Positions 7,846 to 16,457 of a stretch of 64,000 nucleotides of DNA are shown here, piece by piece. Every line of letters starts with the position of its first letter. The first letter of the stretch is position 1. The stretch is from Gammaproteobacteria bacterium. Lineage in GTDB: Bacteria; Pseudomonadota; Gammaproteobacteria; Xanthomonadales; SZUA-36. The stretch is from NCBI GenBank assembly GCA_030426265.1, contig JAUHYP010000013.1:3817-67816 (forward strand), written 5' to 3'. The notes under the pieces are model-generated. The model searched no databases. It was not told where the DNA came from and saw nothing but the letters and a program-made list of their open reading frames with translations. A program made the translations under genes and the position numbers.

Positions 7846-10284
7846 TCAGTCCAGGGAGTGGGCGGCCAGCAGTTCGCGGAAGGGTTCGTCGTCCATTCCG
7901 GCGTCACGGAGGGTGTCGACCAGGGGTCGCGCCTCTTCGTAGCGACCCAGATGCACCAGTGCGGTGGCCTGGGTGTACTGGTAGTACTTGTTGTCCGGCT
8001 CCCGGGCCAGGACGGGCGTCATCAGTCTGGATGCTTCGCTCCAGAGCGCCACGGCCTGCTCCCTGGTACCGATTCGGGCCAGCACGCTACCCAGGCTGAC
8101 CAGGTCGATAGCCAGGTCATTGGCCGCGGTAAAGCTGCCCGAGTCGGCTTCGGCGAGCTGGCGCGAGATGTCCAGGCTCTCTTTGTACAGCGCTCGCGCC
8201 GCCTCCAGGTTGCCCTGGCGCTCGGCGATCTCCCCGCGCGTGGTGAGTGAATAGGCCAGCTCCCGTTCGTACTCGAGGTTCTGTGGCGCCATGAGCTGCA
8301 GCTGGCGGCCGGTTTCGATGGCCCGGTCCGCCGCGGCCGCAGCCTCGGCGGCGCGACCCTCCTGGGTCAGCATGAAGGCCAACTGGTTGAGCACGATGCG
8401 CAGGTTGTGGTGGGTTTCAATGACGTCTCCGGCCTCAGCCACGGCCCCTTCCGCCTGTTCGATGGCGCGGCGCATGGCGGGCTCGGCTTCCGCGGCGTCG
8501 CCATAGTCGTAGGCGTACCAGGCCAGCGCCTGCCAGCTGTGGGATCGGTTGATCAGCCAGTCATGGGTCTCGACGCCCACCTGCTGTGTATTGGCGAGTT
8601 CCAGGGCTGCCTGTAGTTGTTCCTCGGCCTGTTCTGGCCGGTCGTATTCCATCAGGTACCAGCCCAGCAGCAAGCGTGCTTCCCACAGCAGGGCGTGGCC
8701 TTCATCGTATTGATCCACCAGGCGCCCGGCACGGTCCACCGCTTCGCGCAAAAGGGTCTCCGTGACGGCGCCCTGACCTTCGGTGGCGCTGGACTCGCTT
8801 TCGAGGATCAACAGGGTCGCCCGCTGGCGCAGCCAGTCGCGCTCCCGCCCGGGCGCCTGCTCCAGCGGCGCCAGGTTCAGCGCGGCCTGTTCGAAGGCAT
8901 GCTGGGCCCGGGTGGGTTGTTCCAGGGCATCGAGCACCTGGCCGGCGTTGGCGTAGGCGGCCGAGGTCAGCAAGCGGGCGTCATCGTCCATGATGCCGGG
9001 GTCCTGCTGCGACAGATGTTCCAGGCTGCGGTCCGCGACCAGGGAGAGCAGGTCGATGCGTCCCAGGTCGGTCAAGCGCTCGAACAGGTCGCCGAGCATG
9101 AAGTTGATCAGGGTGTCGCTTTGCTTCTTCTCAGCCAGGGTGGCCGACTGCAGGCTCCTCACGTCCATGGTGTACTTGAACGTGAACGCCACGCCAGCGA
9201 ACAGCGCAAGGGCCGCCACCGAGGCGGCCAGGGCATGACGCCGCAGGGCCTTTACGACGACGTGAAACAGCCGGTGCCGACTGGCCTCCAGGGGAAATCC
9301 GTTGAGCCAGGCGTCGAGGTCGATGCGCAGGGCCTCCGCCGACGCGTAGCGATCCTCGGGATGCTCTCGGGTGCATCGCTCGATCACATCCACCAGGTCT
9401 CCGGGCACGCCATGCGCGGACAGGGCGCGACGCCGGGCATCCCGGGTCATGCGGCCAGCGTTGTCCGTGTCGCCGTCGAGCAGCACCTGGGCCAGCAGTA
9501 TCCCCAGGGCGTACAGGTCGGCGCGCGGGTCCACGGCTTCGCCGGCCAGTTGTTCCGGAGCCGCAAACCCCGGCGTGCCGAAGCGAACCCCTCGTCGTGC
9601 CTGTCCAAGGCCGGCGGCTTCCAACGCGATGCCGAAATCGATCAGAACGGGATAGGCCGCGCCACTGATGTCGCGGATGAGGACATTGGCCGGCTTGATG
9701 TCCATGTGCACGATGCCCCGCAAGTGCACGAAACGCAGGGCATCGCACAACTCGCGAAACATCCGCACGACCGAACGCGTGTCGGATGCATGCTGACGGA
9801 AATACGCGTCAATGTGCGGTCCGTCGATCTTCTCGAGCACCAGCCAGGGGCGGCCGCCCGCACCGAAGCCGCCATCGAGGATCTGCACGATGCCGGGGTG
9901 GCCCAGGTCCGCCAGCAACTGCATCTCGCGCAGCAGCTGTTCCCGGGCCGTGTCCTGGTCGTAACGCGCAGCGAGGAGCTTGATGACGACCGTCCGGGCG
10001 TACACGCCGTCCGCGCGCTCCGCCAGGTAGACATCGCTCTGGCCGCCGGTGTCCAGGCGCTCCAGTACGCGATAGCGCGTGCCGCCGATCTCGGCGGTGG
10101 GTGGTTCGTCCTCGAAGGCTTGTCCGAGCAGGCTGCCCAGGCGGTCCTGGAGGGCGGGGGGCGCCAGGGGCGCTTCGATGCCCAGTTGGCGCAGGCAATC
10201 TTCGGGATCGAGGCTGTCGTCGTCGTCAAAGGCGGCATCGATTCGCCGCCAGAGTTCGTGGGTGTTCCCGGGTGGCTCGTTCAT
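7846..10284 (-). CDS. membrane Ser/Thr protein kinase with extracytoplasmic TPR-like repeats
   Basis: Hanks kinase motifs are present: VVIKLL Lys, HMDIKPANVLI catalytic loop, DFGIA and APE. One TM helix (LAASVAALALFAGVAFTF) is followed by about 430 aa of helical TPR-like repeats. An ATGA overlap with the sigma gene lies at 10281-10284. Confidence 0.9.
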   Translation of the reverse strand: MNEPPGNTHELWRRIDAAFDDDDSLDPEDCLRQLGIEAPLAPPALQDRLGSLLGQAFEDEPPTAEIGGTRYRVLERLDTGGQSDVYLAERADGVYARTVVIKLLAARYDQDTAREQLLREMQLLADLGHPGIVQILDGGFGAGGRPWLVLEKIDGPHIDAYFRQHASDTRSVVRMFRELCDALRFVHLRGIVHMDIKPANVLIRDISGAAYPVLIDFGIALEAAGLGQARRGVRFGTPGFAAPEQLAGEAVDPRADLYALGILLAQVLLDGDTDNAGRMTRDARRRALSAHGVPGDLVDVIERCTREHPEDRYASAEALRIDLDAWLNGFPLEASRHRLFHVVVKALRRHALAASVAALALFAGVAFTFKYTMDVRSLQSATLAEKKQSDTLINFMLGDLFERLTDLGRIDLLSLVADRSLEHLSQQDPGIMDDDARLLTSAAYANAGQVLDALEQPTRAQHAFEQAALNLAPLEQAPGRERDWLRQRATLLILESESSATEGQGAVTETLLREAVDRAGRLVDQYDEGHALLWEARLLLGWYLMEYDRPEQAEEQLQAALELANTQQVGVETHDWLINRSHSWQALAWYAYDYGDAAEAEPAMRRAIEQAEGAVAEAGDVIETHHNLRIVLNQLAFMLTQEGRAAEAAAAADRAIETGRQLQLMAPQNLEYERELAYSLTTRGEIAERQGNLEAARALYKESLDISRQLAEADSGSFTAANDLAIDLVSLGSVLARIGTREQAVALWSEASRLMTPVLAREPDNKYYQYTQATALVHLGRYEEARPLVDTLRDAGMDDEPFRELLAAHSLD

Positions 10285-10817
10285 GCCCCCGCGGCCGCCA
10301 GCATCGCCTGGGCCTTTTTCCAGTCGCGAATCGCGGTGCGCTTGCTCACGGTGAGCACGTCGGCCACTTCATCCAGGGTCATGTCCCCGAAAAACCGATA
10401 GGTGAACACTTTCTCCAGGCGGGGCGAATAGTCGCGCAAGGCGCGGAGTTGGCGCTCCAGGTCGATGAGAAACTCGGACTGGTCCTGGACCGCATGTTGC
10501 TCGGGAGCGGATGCCTCGTCGACGAAAGTGACCAGCCGGTTGCGTCGCGCCTGGTTATAGAGAATGTGGCGCATGGCGAGGGCGCAGTACGCGTAAAAAT
10601 GGTTGCGGTCGTTGAAGGCGGTCGGCTTTTCGCGATGCTTGAGCCAAGCTTCGTGGACCAGCGCGGTCGTGTCGATCTTTCGTCCATGCACACGGAATCG
10701 CTGGCCACGCGCCACCGACTTGAGCTGCTGGTACACATCTTCCATGGTGCGCTGCTGCTCCGGCGTCAACGACGCCGGATCCATGTTCACGATCTCCGTG
10801 ATCGGCAGGCCATCCAT
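10281..10817 (-). CDS. ECF-type RNA polymerase sigma factor (Sigma70_ECF-like)
   Basis: Region 2 strings are ALVHEAWLKH and FYAYCALAMRHILYNQARRNRL. The region 4 HTH is MTLDEVADVLTVSKRTAIRDWKKAQAML. The first ATG is at 10817 with GGGGAGA SD; the track start at 10838 is TTG. Confidence 0.85.
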   Translation of the reverse strand: MDGLPITEIVNMDPASLTPEQQRTMEDVYQQLKSVARGQRFRVHGRKIDTTALVHEAWLKHREKPTAFNDRNHFYAYCALAMRHILYNQARRNRLVTFVDEASAPEQHAVQDQSEFLIDLERQLRALRDYSPRLEKVFTYRFFGDMTLDEVADVLTVSKRTAIRDWKKAQAMLAAAGA

Positions 10818-10942
10818 GCCCCATCTCCCCAATTGCAACTGCTCGTCGGTCAGTATAGCGATGTGACCGGGATGTCAGTGTTCAGGGGCGATGTGAACCC
10901 ACACACCTTCCGCTCGAACCGCCCCGGTGACGCCGGGCTGCT

Positions 10943-11866
10943 TTACAGGGCCCGATCCCACTCCGGTCGCCAGGTTTCGATCACAGTGACGAACCCTGGG
11001 GCGACATCGGTCATGCCGGTGAACGGCAGCGGCGCCGCGTGGGGTGGCTGCGGCGGAGTGAGGGACCTTGCAAGGACACCGGCGATCACTGACTGATTGA
11101 CCACGCCGTCCATGTACTTGGCCAGTTGCCTGGCCACACTCTCGAAGACCTGATTGCCCACGCTCCTGGCGCCCGGCTGGAGCAGGTTGTCGTAAAGGCC
11201 GAGCCAGTGGGGGTCAGCCGCGTTGGCCAGCTTCGACTGGATGCTGGGTTCGTTGAGCAGGTGGGCGTTCGTTCGCCCCAGGTCTGACAGGAAGGAGTGA
11301 CTGTTGGGCATGCCGGGGACGTAGGCGGGAAGGATCGCTGCGTAAGGCGGGTACCAGGACAGGCCCAGCGGTGCGAGGCCGGCCCTCCAGTTCTCGAAAT
11401 GCCTGGCCAGTGCGTCCACGGCTTTCAGGCAGAATTCCCTGGCCTCTTTCCTGGCGGGTGGGCCGCCACCGCCCGGAGCCATGTGAGTCCGGCTCAGGAG
11501 GAGGGTGCTGAGCGGCGCAGTGGCCGTGACGCAGCCGGGCGAACCCTGGACGATGGCCATGGTGACCTTGCACGGCTGGAGCATGAACGACTTTATCCAC
11601 TTGGGAATCGCCTCCGCGAAGCTGTCCACCAGGAAGGCCTCCGACTGGGCCCACAGGGCCGCGTACTCGGGTGGCGTGACCAGATCACCCGGGTGAATGG
11701 GCTGCGCCTGGGGCCCCGGCCGCATGCCGACATTCCTGCCTGTTCCGCCCAGTTTTTTCTGGAGTTCGTCGGCGCGCTGGCGGATGGACTTCTTTTCCTT
11801 CTGTGCGGGCGGCGCGACAGCGGGTGCGCCCGGCGTCGGTTTGTTGGTGATTCCGTTATTACTCAT
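10943..11866 (-). CDS. hypothetical protein
   Basis: ATG at 11866 is preceded by AAGGAG, giving MSNNGITNKPTPGAP. It has a Pro/Lys-rich N-terminus and no domain I recognise. Confidence 0.6.
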   Translation of the reverse strand: MSNNGITNKPTPGAPAVAPPAQKEKKSIRQRADELQKKLGGTGRNVGMRPGPQAQPIHPGDLVTPPEYAALWAQSEAFLVDSFAEAIPKWIKSFMLQPCKVTMAIVQGSPGCVTATAPLSTLLLSRTHMAPGGGGPPARKEAREFCLKAVDALARHFENWRAGLAPLGLSWYPPYAAILPAYVPGMPNSHSFLSDLGRTNAHLLNEPSIQSKLANAADPHWLGLYDNLLQPGARSVGNQVFESVARQLAKYMDGVVNQSVIAGVLARSLTPPQPPHAAPLPFTGMTDVAPGFVTVIETWRPEWDRAL

Positions 11867-12014
11867 CGGTCGTGGCTCCTTGATTTTTCTTGGGCGTGTC
11901 CCCGTAGCCAGCATAGGTCAATTGAGGTGTTTGCACCGAGGGTTGCGGGCCGGGTCGACGGTGGCGGCTGGCTTTGTGTGAGAATCGTCGCTTCTCACTG
12001 GGTGGAGCCCTTCG

Positions 12015-12479
12015 ATGTCACGGTACCAGGCAACGATTCACTGGGCGCGTCGCGAAGGCGAGGCGTTCACCGACAACCGCTACAGCCGAGGCCACCAATG
12101 GCAGTTTGACGGGGGGCTGACCGTGCCCGCGTCTTCCGCGCCGGACGCGGTGCCGCTGCCGTACTCCGTGGCCGAGAACGTCGACCCCGAGGAGGCACTT
12201 GTGGCCTCCCTGTCGTCCTGCCACATGCTGTTTTTCCTGGCCTTCGCCGCCAAGGGGGGCTGGCGGGTGGACGACTACAGTGACGAGGCGGAAGGCATCA
12301 TGGAGAAGAACGCCGCCGGCAAGATCGCCATGACCCGGGTGACCCTGCGGCCCAGGGTCCGCTTCGACGGGGCATCACCGGATCGCGCGGCGCTGGAAGA
12401 CCTGCATCATCGCGCCCATGAGCACTGCTACATCGCCAACTCCGTCACCGCCGAGATCGTGACGGAGATTCAGGACTGA
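12015..12479 (+). CDS. OsmC/Ohr-family peroxiredoxin-like protein
   Basis: 154 aa with two conserved Cys contexts typical of the fold (LSSCHMLFF and AHEHCYIANS). Confidence 0.8.
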   Translation: MSRYQATIHWARREGEAFTDNRYSRGHQWQFDGGLTVPASSAPDAVPLPYSVAENVDPEEALVASLSSCHMLFFLAFAAKGGWRVDDYSDEAEGIMEKNAAGKIAMTRVTLRPRVRFDGASPDRAALEDLHHRAHEHCYIANSVTAEIVTEIQD

Positions 12480-12493
12480 GCGAAGGGGCCGCC

Positions 12494-14884
12494 TCAGAAA
12501 CTGAACTGCGCGCTCAGCCAGTAGTTTCGGCGTGCGTCCTTGACGTTGTAGTCGTCGGTGAAGATGACTTCGCTGACGGCCCCGCGACCGGTGGCCAGGG
12601 TGTAGATCCCGTCGCCGTCGATGTCGATGAAGTCGGTCTGGTACGAGGTGAAGTCTTCATCCAGCAGGTTGTTCACGCGAGCGAACACCGAGATGTTCTC
12701 GGTGATGTCGTAACGCAGCCCGAGGTTCCACACGTGGTAGTTCTTGTAGTACAGCGGCCGGTCCAGGGTGTTGTCCCAGCCCCGGTAGCGGTCGGAGCGC
12801 AACTCGGCCTGTAGCGACACCGAGAGCGGTTCCAGCGCCTGCCAGTCCAGGCTGGCATTGGCCATGTGTTCCGCGGTGTTGGTGAGTGGCTGGCCGGCCT
12901 CGGGTCCGCTTTTCTGCTCGCTGTCGGTCCAGGTGTAGTTGCCCCGCAGCGTCCAGTCGTCGCTGATCTGCAGCAGACCGGCCACTTCCACGCCCTGGAT
13001 TTCCACCTTGTCGATGTTGATCTTCTGGCTGTAGGTGCTGTAACCCAGTTCGTCGTAGGCGCCCAGGTTGACGCAGGGCCGCTGGCCGCCGGTCACCGTG
13101 CAGCTGTAGATGGTGTCGCCACTGGCGATCTTGTCGTCGAAGTGGGTCAGGAAGTAGGTGATGTTGAAGTTGTGGCCACGCGGGCTGGTCCAGTAGAGCG
13201 CCGCTTCGCTGTTGACGCTGGTTTCCGGTTCCAGGTCCGGGTTTCCCGCGAACGGCGAGGTGCCCTGGCCGCCGAATCCGGTGATGCCGTCGTAGAGGTC
13301 GGTGGTCTGCGGGGTCTTGTAGCCGGTGCTGACGCCCCCCTTGACGGTCCATTGCTCGCTGATCGTGTACACCGCGTACAGCCGCGGTGACACCTGGCCG
13401 CCGAACACGTCGTGGTGGTCGTAGCGAACGCCGCCGGTAAGGGTCAGCGGCGTGGTCACGGTCCAGCTGTCTTCCACGAACAGGGAGGCCATTTCCTGGT
13501 CCTGGGTGCCGCCGGGTTCACCGCTTTCCATACCGAACACGCCGTCCTCCAGTTCACCGTCGATCACCTGGGCTCCGACGACCAGCATGTGCTGTCCGGC
13601 GGCCTCGAACGGGATGTCCAGGCGGGCATCCAGGGTGTACTGGCTGCTGTTCAGCGGCCGCGCCGGACGGGGCAGGAAGGTGCTCTCGGCCAGCGCCTTG
13701 CGTTCCTCTTCGGGCATGCCGGCATAGTCTCCGACACCGTCGTACATGTCCTGCAGCAGAAGGCGCTCGGCCACCGTCAGGGGCAGGGTACGTCCTTCGT
13801 TGGCGGTATCCACATAGGACAGCGCCAGGTAGCTGGTGCCGAAGTCCCAGGTCGCGTCATGCACCACTGACCACCAGTCGCGTGAAAACTCCTGGTCCGC
13901 CGCATAGCCGGCGCGGGGATTGACCTGGCCCCGGCTGGCTTGCCACAGGGCCTCGATATTGTCCTTGGTGCCCAGTGGATAGCTGATCGTGCCGGTGTCC
14001 GGGTCGATGAAGGGGGTGTTGTCGTAGACCTGGCTGGAGGTGTCGTAGTCGAAGCGCAGGGTCTGCCTGTCACTCAGGGCCCAGGTGAGGGTGGCCCCGA
14101 GCTCCTGGACTTCGCTGTCCACCGTCCGGCCGCCACCACCGAAGCCGAGCGACCGCACATGCACCGTGCCGTTCGGGTCAACGGCGGGTTCGAACTGCGG
14201 TGACGACGCATCGCTCTCGTAATAGCTGCCACGCAGCGCGACCGAAAGCGTGTCGGCGACGATCGGTCCGTTCAGGTAGAACTCGCCCTGCAGGTCGTTG
14301 CCGAACTGGTCGTTCTCCTGGAGGGTGCCGGCGAGATTGACAGTGCCGAACCAGCGGTCCGCCGTCTTTTTCGTGATCACGTTGACGACCCCGCCCATGG
14401 CGTCCGCGCCGTAGAGCGTGGAGGCGGGACCGCGCAACACTTCGATGCGTTCGATGGCCTCGGTCGGCGGCAGGTGCCCGAAGGCGTTGCCGCCGAAATT
14501 GTTGGGGTAGATGTCGCCGTGGTTGTTCTGGCGTTTGCCATCGATCAGCAGCAGCGTGTACTCGCCGGTCAGGCCACGCATGCTGACGCTGCCTTGGCCC
14601 GTCTTGTCGCGGGTGGTGCCGATGTCGATGCCTTCCTGGTACTTGAGCATGTCCAGCAGGTTGTTGTGGGGCCGTGACAGGATCTCGTCCTGGGAGACCA
14701 CGGAAATGCTGGCGGGCGCGTCGGTGATCTTCTGCTCGAAACCCGTGGCTGTCACCACGACTTCTTCCAGCATTCCGTCTCGCTCTTCTTCGGCAGCGTC
14801 CCCATCCGCGAATGCGCCGGTTGAAGCCAGGATGGTGGCGGCCAGCATGCCGCGGCGCCCTCCGGCGGCCAGGAAAATCCCCAT
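12494..14884 (-). CDS. TonB-dependent outer-membrane receptor
   Basis: Plug-domain start EEVVVTATGFEQKITDAPASISVV, a long beta-barrel and a C-terminal aromatic end (LSAQFSF). Confidence 0.9.
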   Translation of the reverse strand: MGIFLAAGGRRGMLAATILASTGAFADGDAAEEERDGMLEEVVVTATGFEQKITDAPASISVVSQDEILSRPHNNLLDMLKYQEGIDIGTTRDKTGQGSVSMRGLTGEYTLLLIDGKRQNNHGDIYPNNFGGNAFGHLPPTEAIERIEVLRGPASTLYGADAMGGVVNVITKKTADRWFGTVNLAGTLQENDQFGNDLQGEFYLNGPIVADTLSVALRGSYYESDASSPQFEPAVDPNGTVHVRSLGFGGGGRTVDSEVQELGATLTWALSDRQTLRFDYDTSSQVYDNTPFIDPDTGTISYPLGTKDNIEALWQASRGQVNPRAGYAADQEFSRDWWSVVHDATWDFGTSYLALSYVDTANEGRTLPLTVAERLLLQDMYDGVGDYAGMPEEERKALAESTFLPRPARPLNSSQYTLDARLDIPFEAAGQHMLVVGAQVIDGELEDGVFGMESGEPGGTQDQEMASLFVEDSWTVTTPLTLTGGVRYDHHDVFGGQVSPRLYAVYTISEQWTVKGGVSTGYKTPQTTDLYDGITGFGGQGTSPFAGNPDLEPETSVNSEAALYWTSPRGHNFNITYFLTHFDDKIASGDTIYSCTVTGGQRPCVNLGAYDELGYSTYSQKINIDKVEIQGVEVAGLLQISDDWTLRGNYTWTDSEQKSGPEAGQPLTNTAEHMANASLDWQALEPLSVSLQAELRSDRYRGWDNTLDRPLYYKNYHVWNLGLRYDITENISVFARVNNLLDEDFTSYQTDFIDIDGDGIYTLATGRGAVSEVIFTDDYNVKDARRNYWLSAQFSF

Positions 14885-14939
14885 TGAACGCTCCTTTGCA
14901 GTTCTTGCTTGGTATTGGAAGGAAGCGCCAAATAGTAAT

Positions 14940-14958
14940 GAAAATGGTTCTCATTAAC
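14940..14958 (-). promoter_or_regulatory. candidate Fur box upstream of the TonB-dependent receptor
   Basis: The minus strand reads GTTAATGAGAACCATTTTC. By hand this matches 15 of 19 positions of the classical GATAATGATAATCATTATC. It lies 56-74 nt upstream of the start at 14884, inside an AT-rich patch. Confidence 0.5.
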
Positions 14959-15056
14959 AAGAAAGAAATGGAGCGGGTCGGTGGATGACACGGTGGTTCC
15001 GACGGAGGTGAGGAAATCGGACGGTGCGCCAGAAGGCGCACTTTCGATTTCAGCGA

Positions 15057-16457
15057 TCAGGGATCGATTGTCGGGGTGGTTTGCCTGGCGCGTTCCTCGC
15101 GCAACAGCGCCCAGACCAGGAAGCCCACCAGTCCCACCGCCGCGAGCAGACCGGTCCAGACCAGCACCGTGCGCCAGCCCCATCTCCGAACCTCGGTGAG
15201 CGCCCGCTCACCCGCGCCGATCCGTCGCGCGCCGATGGTCGCCAGGCCCGGTTCGCCCGCCTGTTCCAGCATGGAGAACAGCGCCCCGTCCCCCATCTGC
15301 CGATCCTGCGGGAATTGCTCCAACTGGTCCCGGGCGCGCCCGCTCGCCAGCGAAAAGGGCGCCTCGCCCTGCGCCAGGAACAACAGTCGGTCGGGCCGCC
15401 AGCCCAGCCGAAGCCGCAGGTCGCCGTCGACCTGCCCGGACCGTAGCTGGACGCGCCACTGCGTGCTGCGCGTGGGCTTCAACACCGCCGGGCTCGAGAC
15501 CAGCTCATTCCCGGAAGGCGCAATGCGATAGAACATGTCGTCGTGGCGCTGGCGCCACTCGTCCTCGGGACCGTCACGCACCTCGACCGATGCCCGGACC
15601 ACGCCGCGCCCGCCGGGAAACGCCAGGTCGACGCGGTCCACCGGTGGATAGCCATCCAGGGCGTAGATGAAGGAACGGCCGTCCTCGCTCCGCTCGACCG
15701 GCGGAATTTCCAGCCATTCCCGTTCCGCCGCGGGCCCGAGCTCCCGGCGGATGGCCGTCATCGATTCCGGTCGCCAGCCGGACGGCATGCCGCGCCAGGT
15801 CACGCGCAGGTAGTCGCCCGGCTGGCGGTCGACGTCGATACGCTTCTGCTCGATCCGGGCCTCCTCGTAGGCCAGGTCCGCCAGCATGCCCTGCGCCAGG
15901 GGCGCCCAGTTCGCCAGGTCGTAACCGTCCTCGATGATGACCGTCCCGATGAAGCCACCAGGCGCGCCGGAGCCGCTGAATTCCAGGGCGGATATCCGGT
16001 CGTCGTGTTCACGCAGGTCGACGATGAGGGCGCGCAATTGAAGCTGTGGATCGGCAGGCTCGGGCAGCTCGGACTGGAACTTGAGGCTGGTTCCGGGCTC
16101 GTCGATCTGCATCAGCAATTGCAGGCGGAGCGCGGCTTCGGAGATCTCGCCGTACAGCGGCAGCACCCCCAGGGGCGCCCGGGTCTCCAGCATCTCGACC
16201 TGCTCCTCGGGGCGCTCGAAGGTACGCGGCACCGCGCGCCCGGCGGCGTTGTAGACACCCAGGTCCCGCAGTTCGGGGTCGGTCACCGAGCGATAGACTT
16301 CGAACGGTACGTCCAGGGCCTGGAACTCGCCAGGCGCCACGATGTCGAGCGGGAAGTGCCAGGCGTATTCGTCACGATCCGGCACCTGGCCGGCTGCGGC
16401 AGCTGCGTAGCCCGCCGCCAGTGCCGCCAACGCCAGGCGTGTCACACCCAATCTCAT
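15057..16457 (-). CDS. exported protein, DUF3999-type partner of the upstream membrane protein (family assignment from memory)
   Basis: Start MRLGVTRLALAALAAGYAAAAAGQ at 16457 forms an ATGA overlap with the upstream stop (16454-16457). There is a C-terminal TM helix. The ORF-track start at 16628 is an extension. Confidence 0.7.
   Translation of the reverse strand: MRLGVTRLALAALAAGYAAAAAGQVPDRDEYAWHFPLDIVAPGEFQALDVPFEVYRSVTDPELRDLGVYNAAGRAVPRTFERPEEQVEMLETRAPLGVLPLYGEISEAALRLQLLMQIDEPGTSLKFQSELPEPADPQLQLRALIVDLREHDDRISALEFSGSGAPGGFIGTVIIEDGYDLANWAPLAQGMLADLAYEEARIEQKRIDVDRQPGDYLRVTWRGMPSGWRPESMTAIRRELGPAAEREWLEIPPVERSEDGRSFIYALDGYPPVDRVDLAFPGGRGVVRASVEVRDGPEDEWRQRHDDMFYRIAPSGNELVSSPAVLKPTRSTQWRVQLRSGQVDGDLRLRLGWRPDRLLFLAQGEAPFSLASGRARDQLEQFPQDRQMGDGALFSMLEQAGEPGLATIGARRIGAGERALTEVRRWGWRTVLVWTGLLAAVGLVGFLVWALLREERARQTTPTIDP

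Noticed and set aside
8617-10401. A very long ORF (594 aa) antisense to the Ser/Thr kinase gene. Similar long antisense ORFs lie at 624-1868, 17009-18811, 37311-39128, 42050-43534, 46472-47344, 48961-50028 and 52844-54691.
   Set aside because: Their translations are Arg/Gly/Pro/His-rich with no recognisable motifs. Each lies opposite a gene with clear family signatures. This is typical of shadow ORFs in high-GC DNA.
10852-10884. Candidate promoter elements upstream of the ECF sigma gene: TATACT at 10852-10857 and CTGACA/TGAAC at 10873-10884, on the minus strand.
   Set aside because: The spacing to a -35 element is non-canonical (about 15 nt). I cannot distinguish a sigma-70 promoter from an ECF-type promoter by eye, so it is not reported as a feature.
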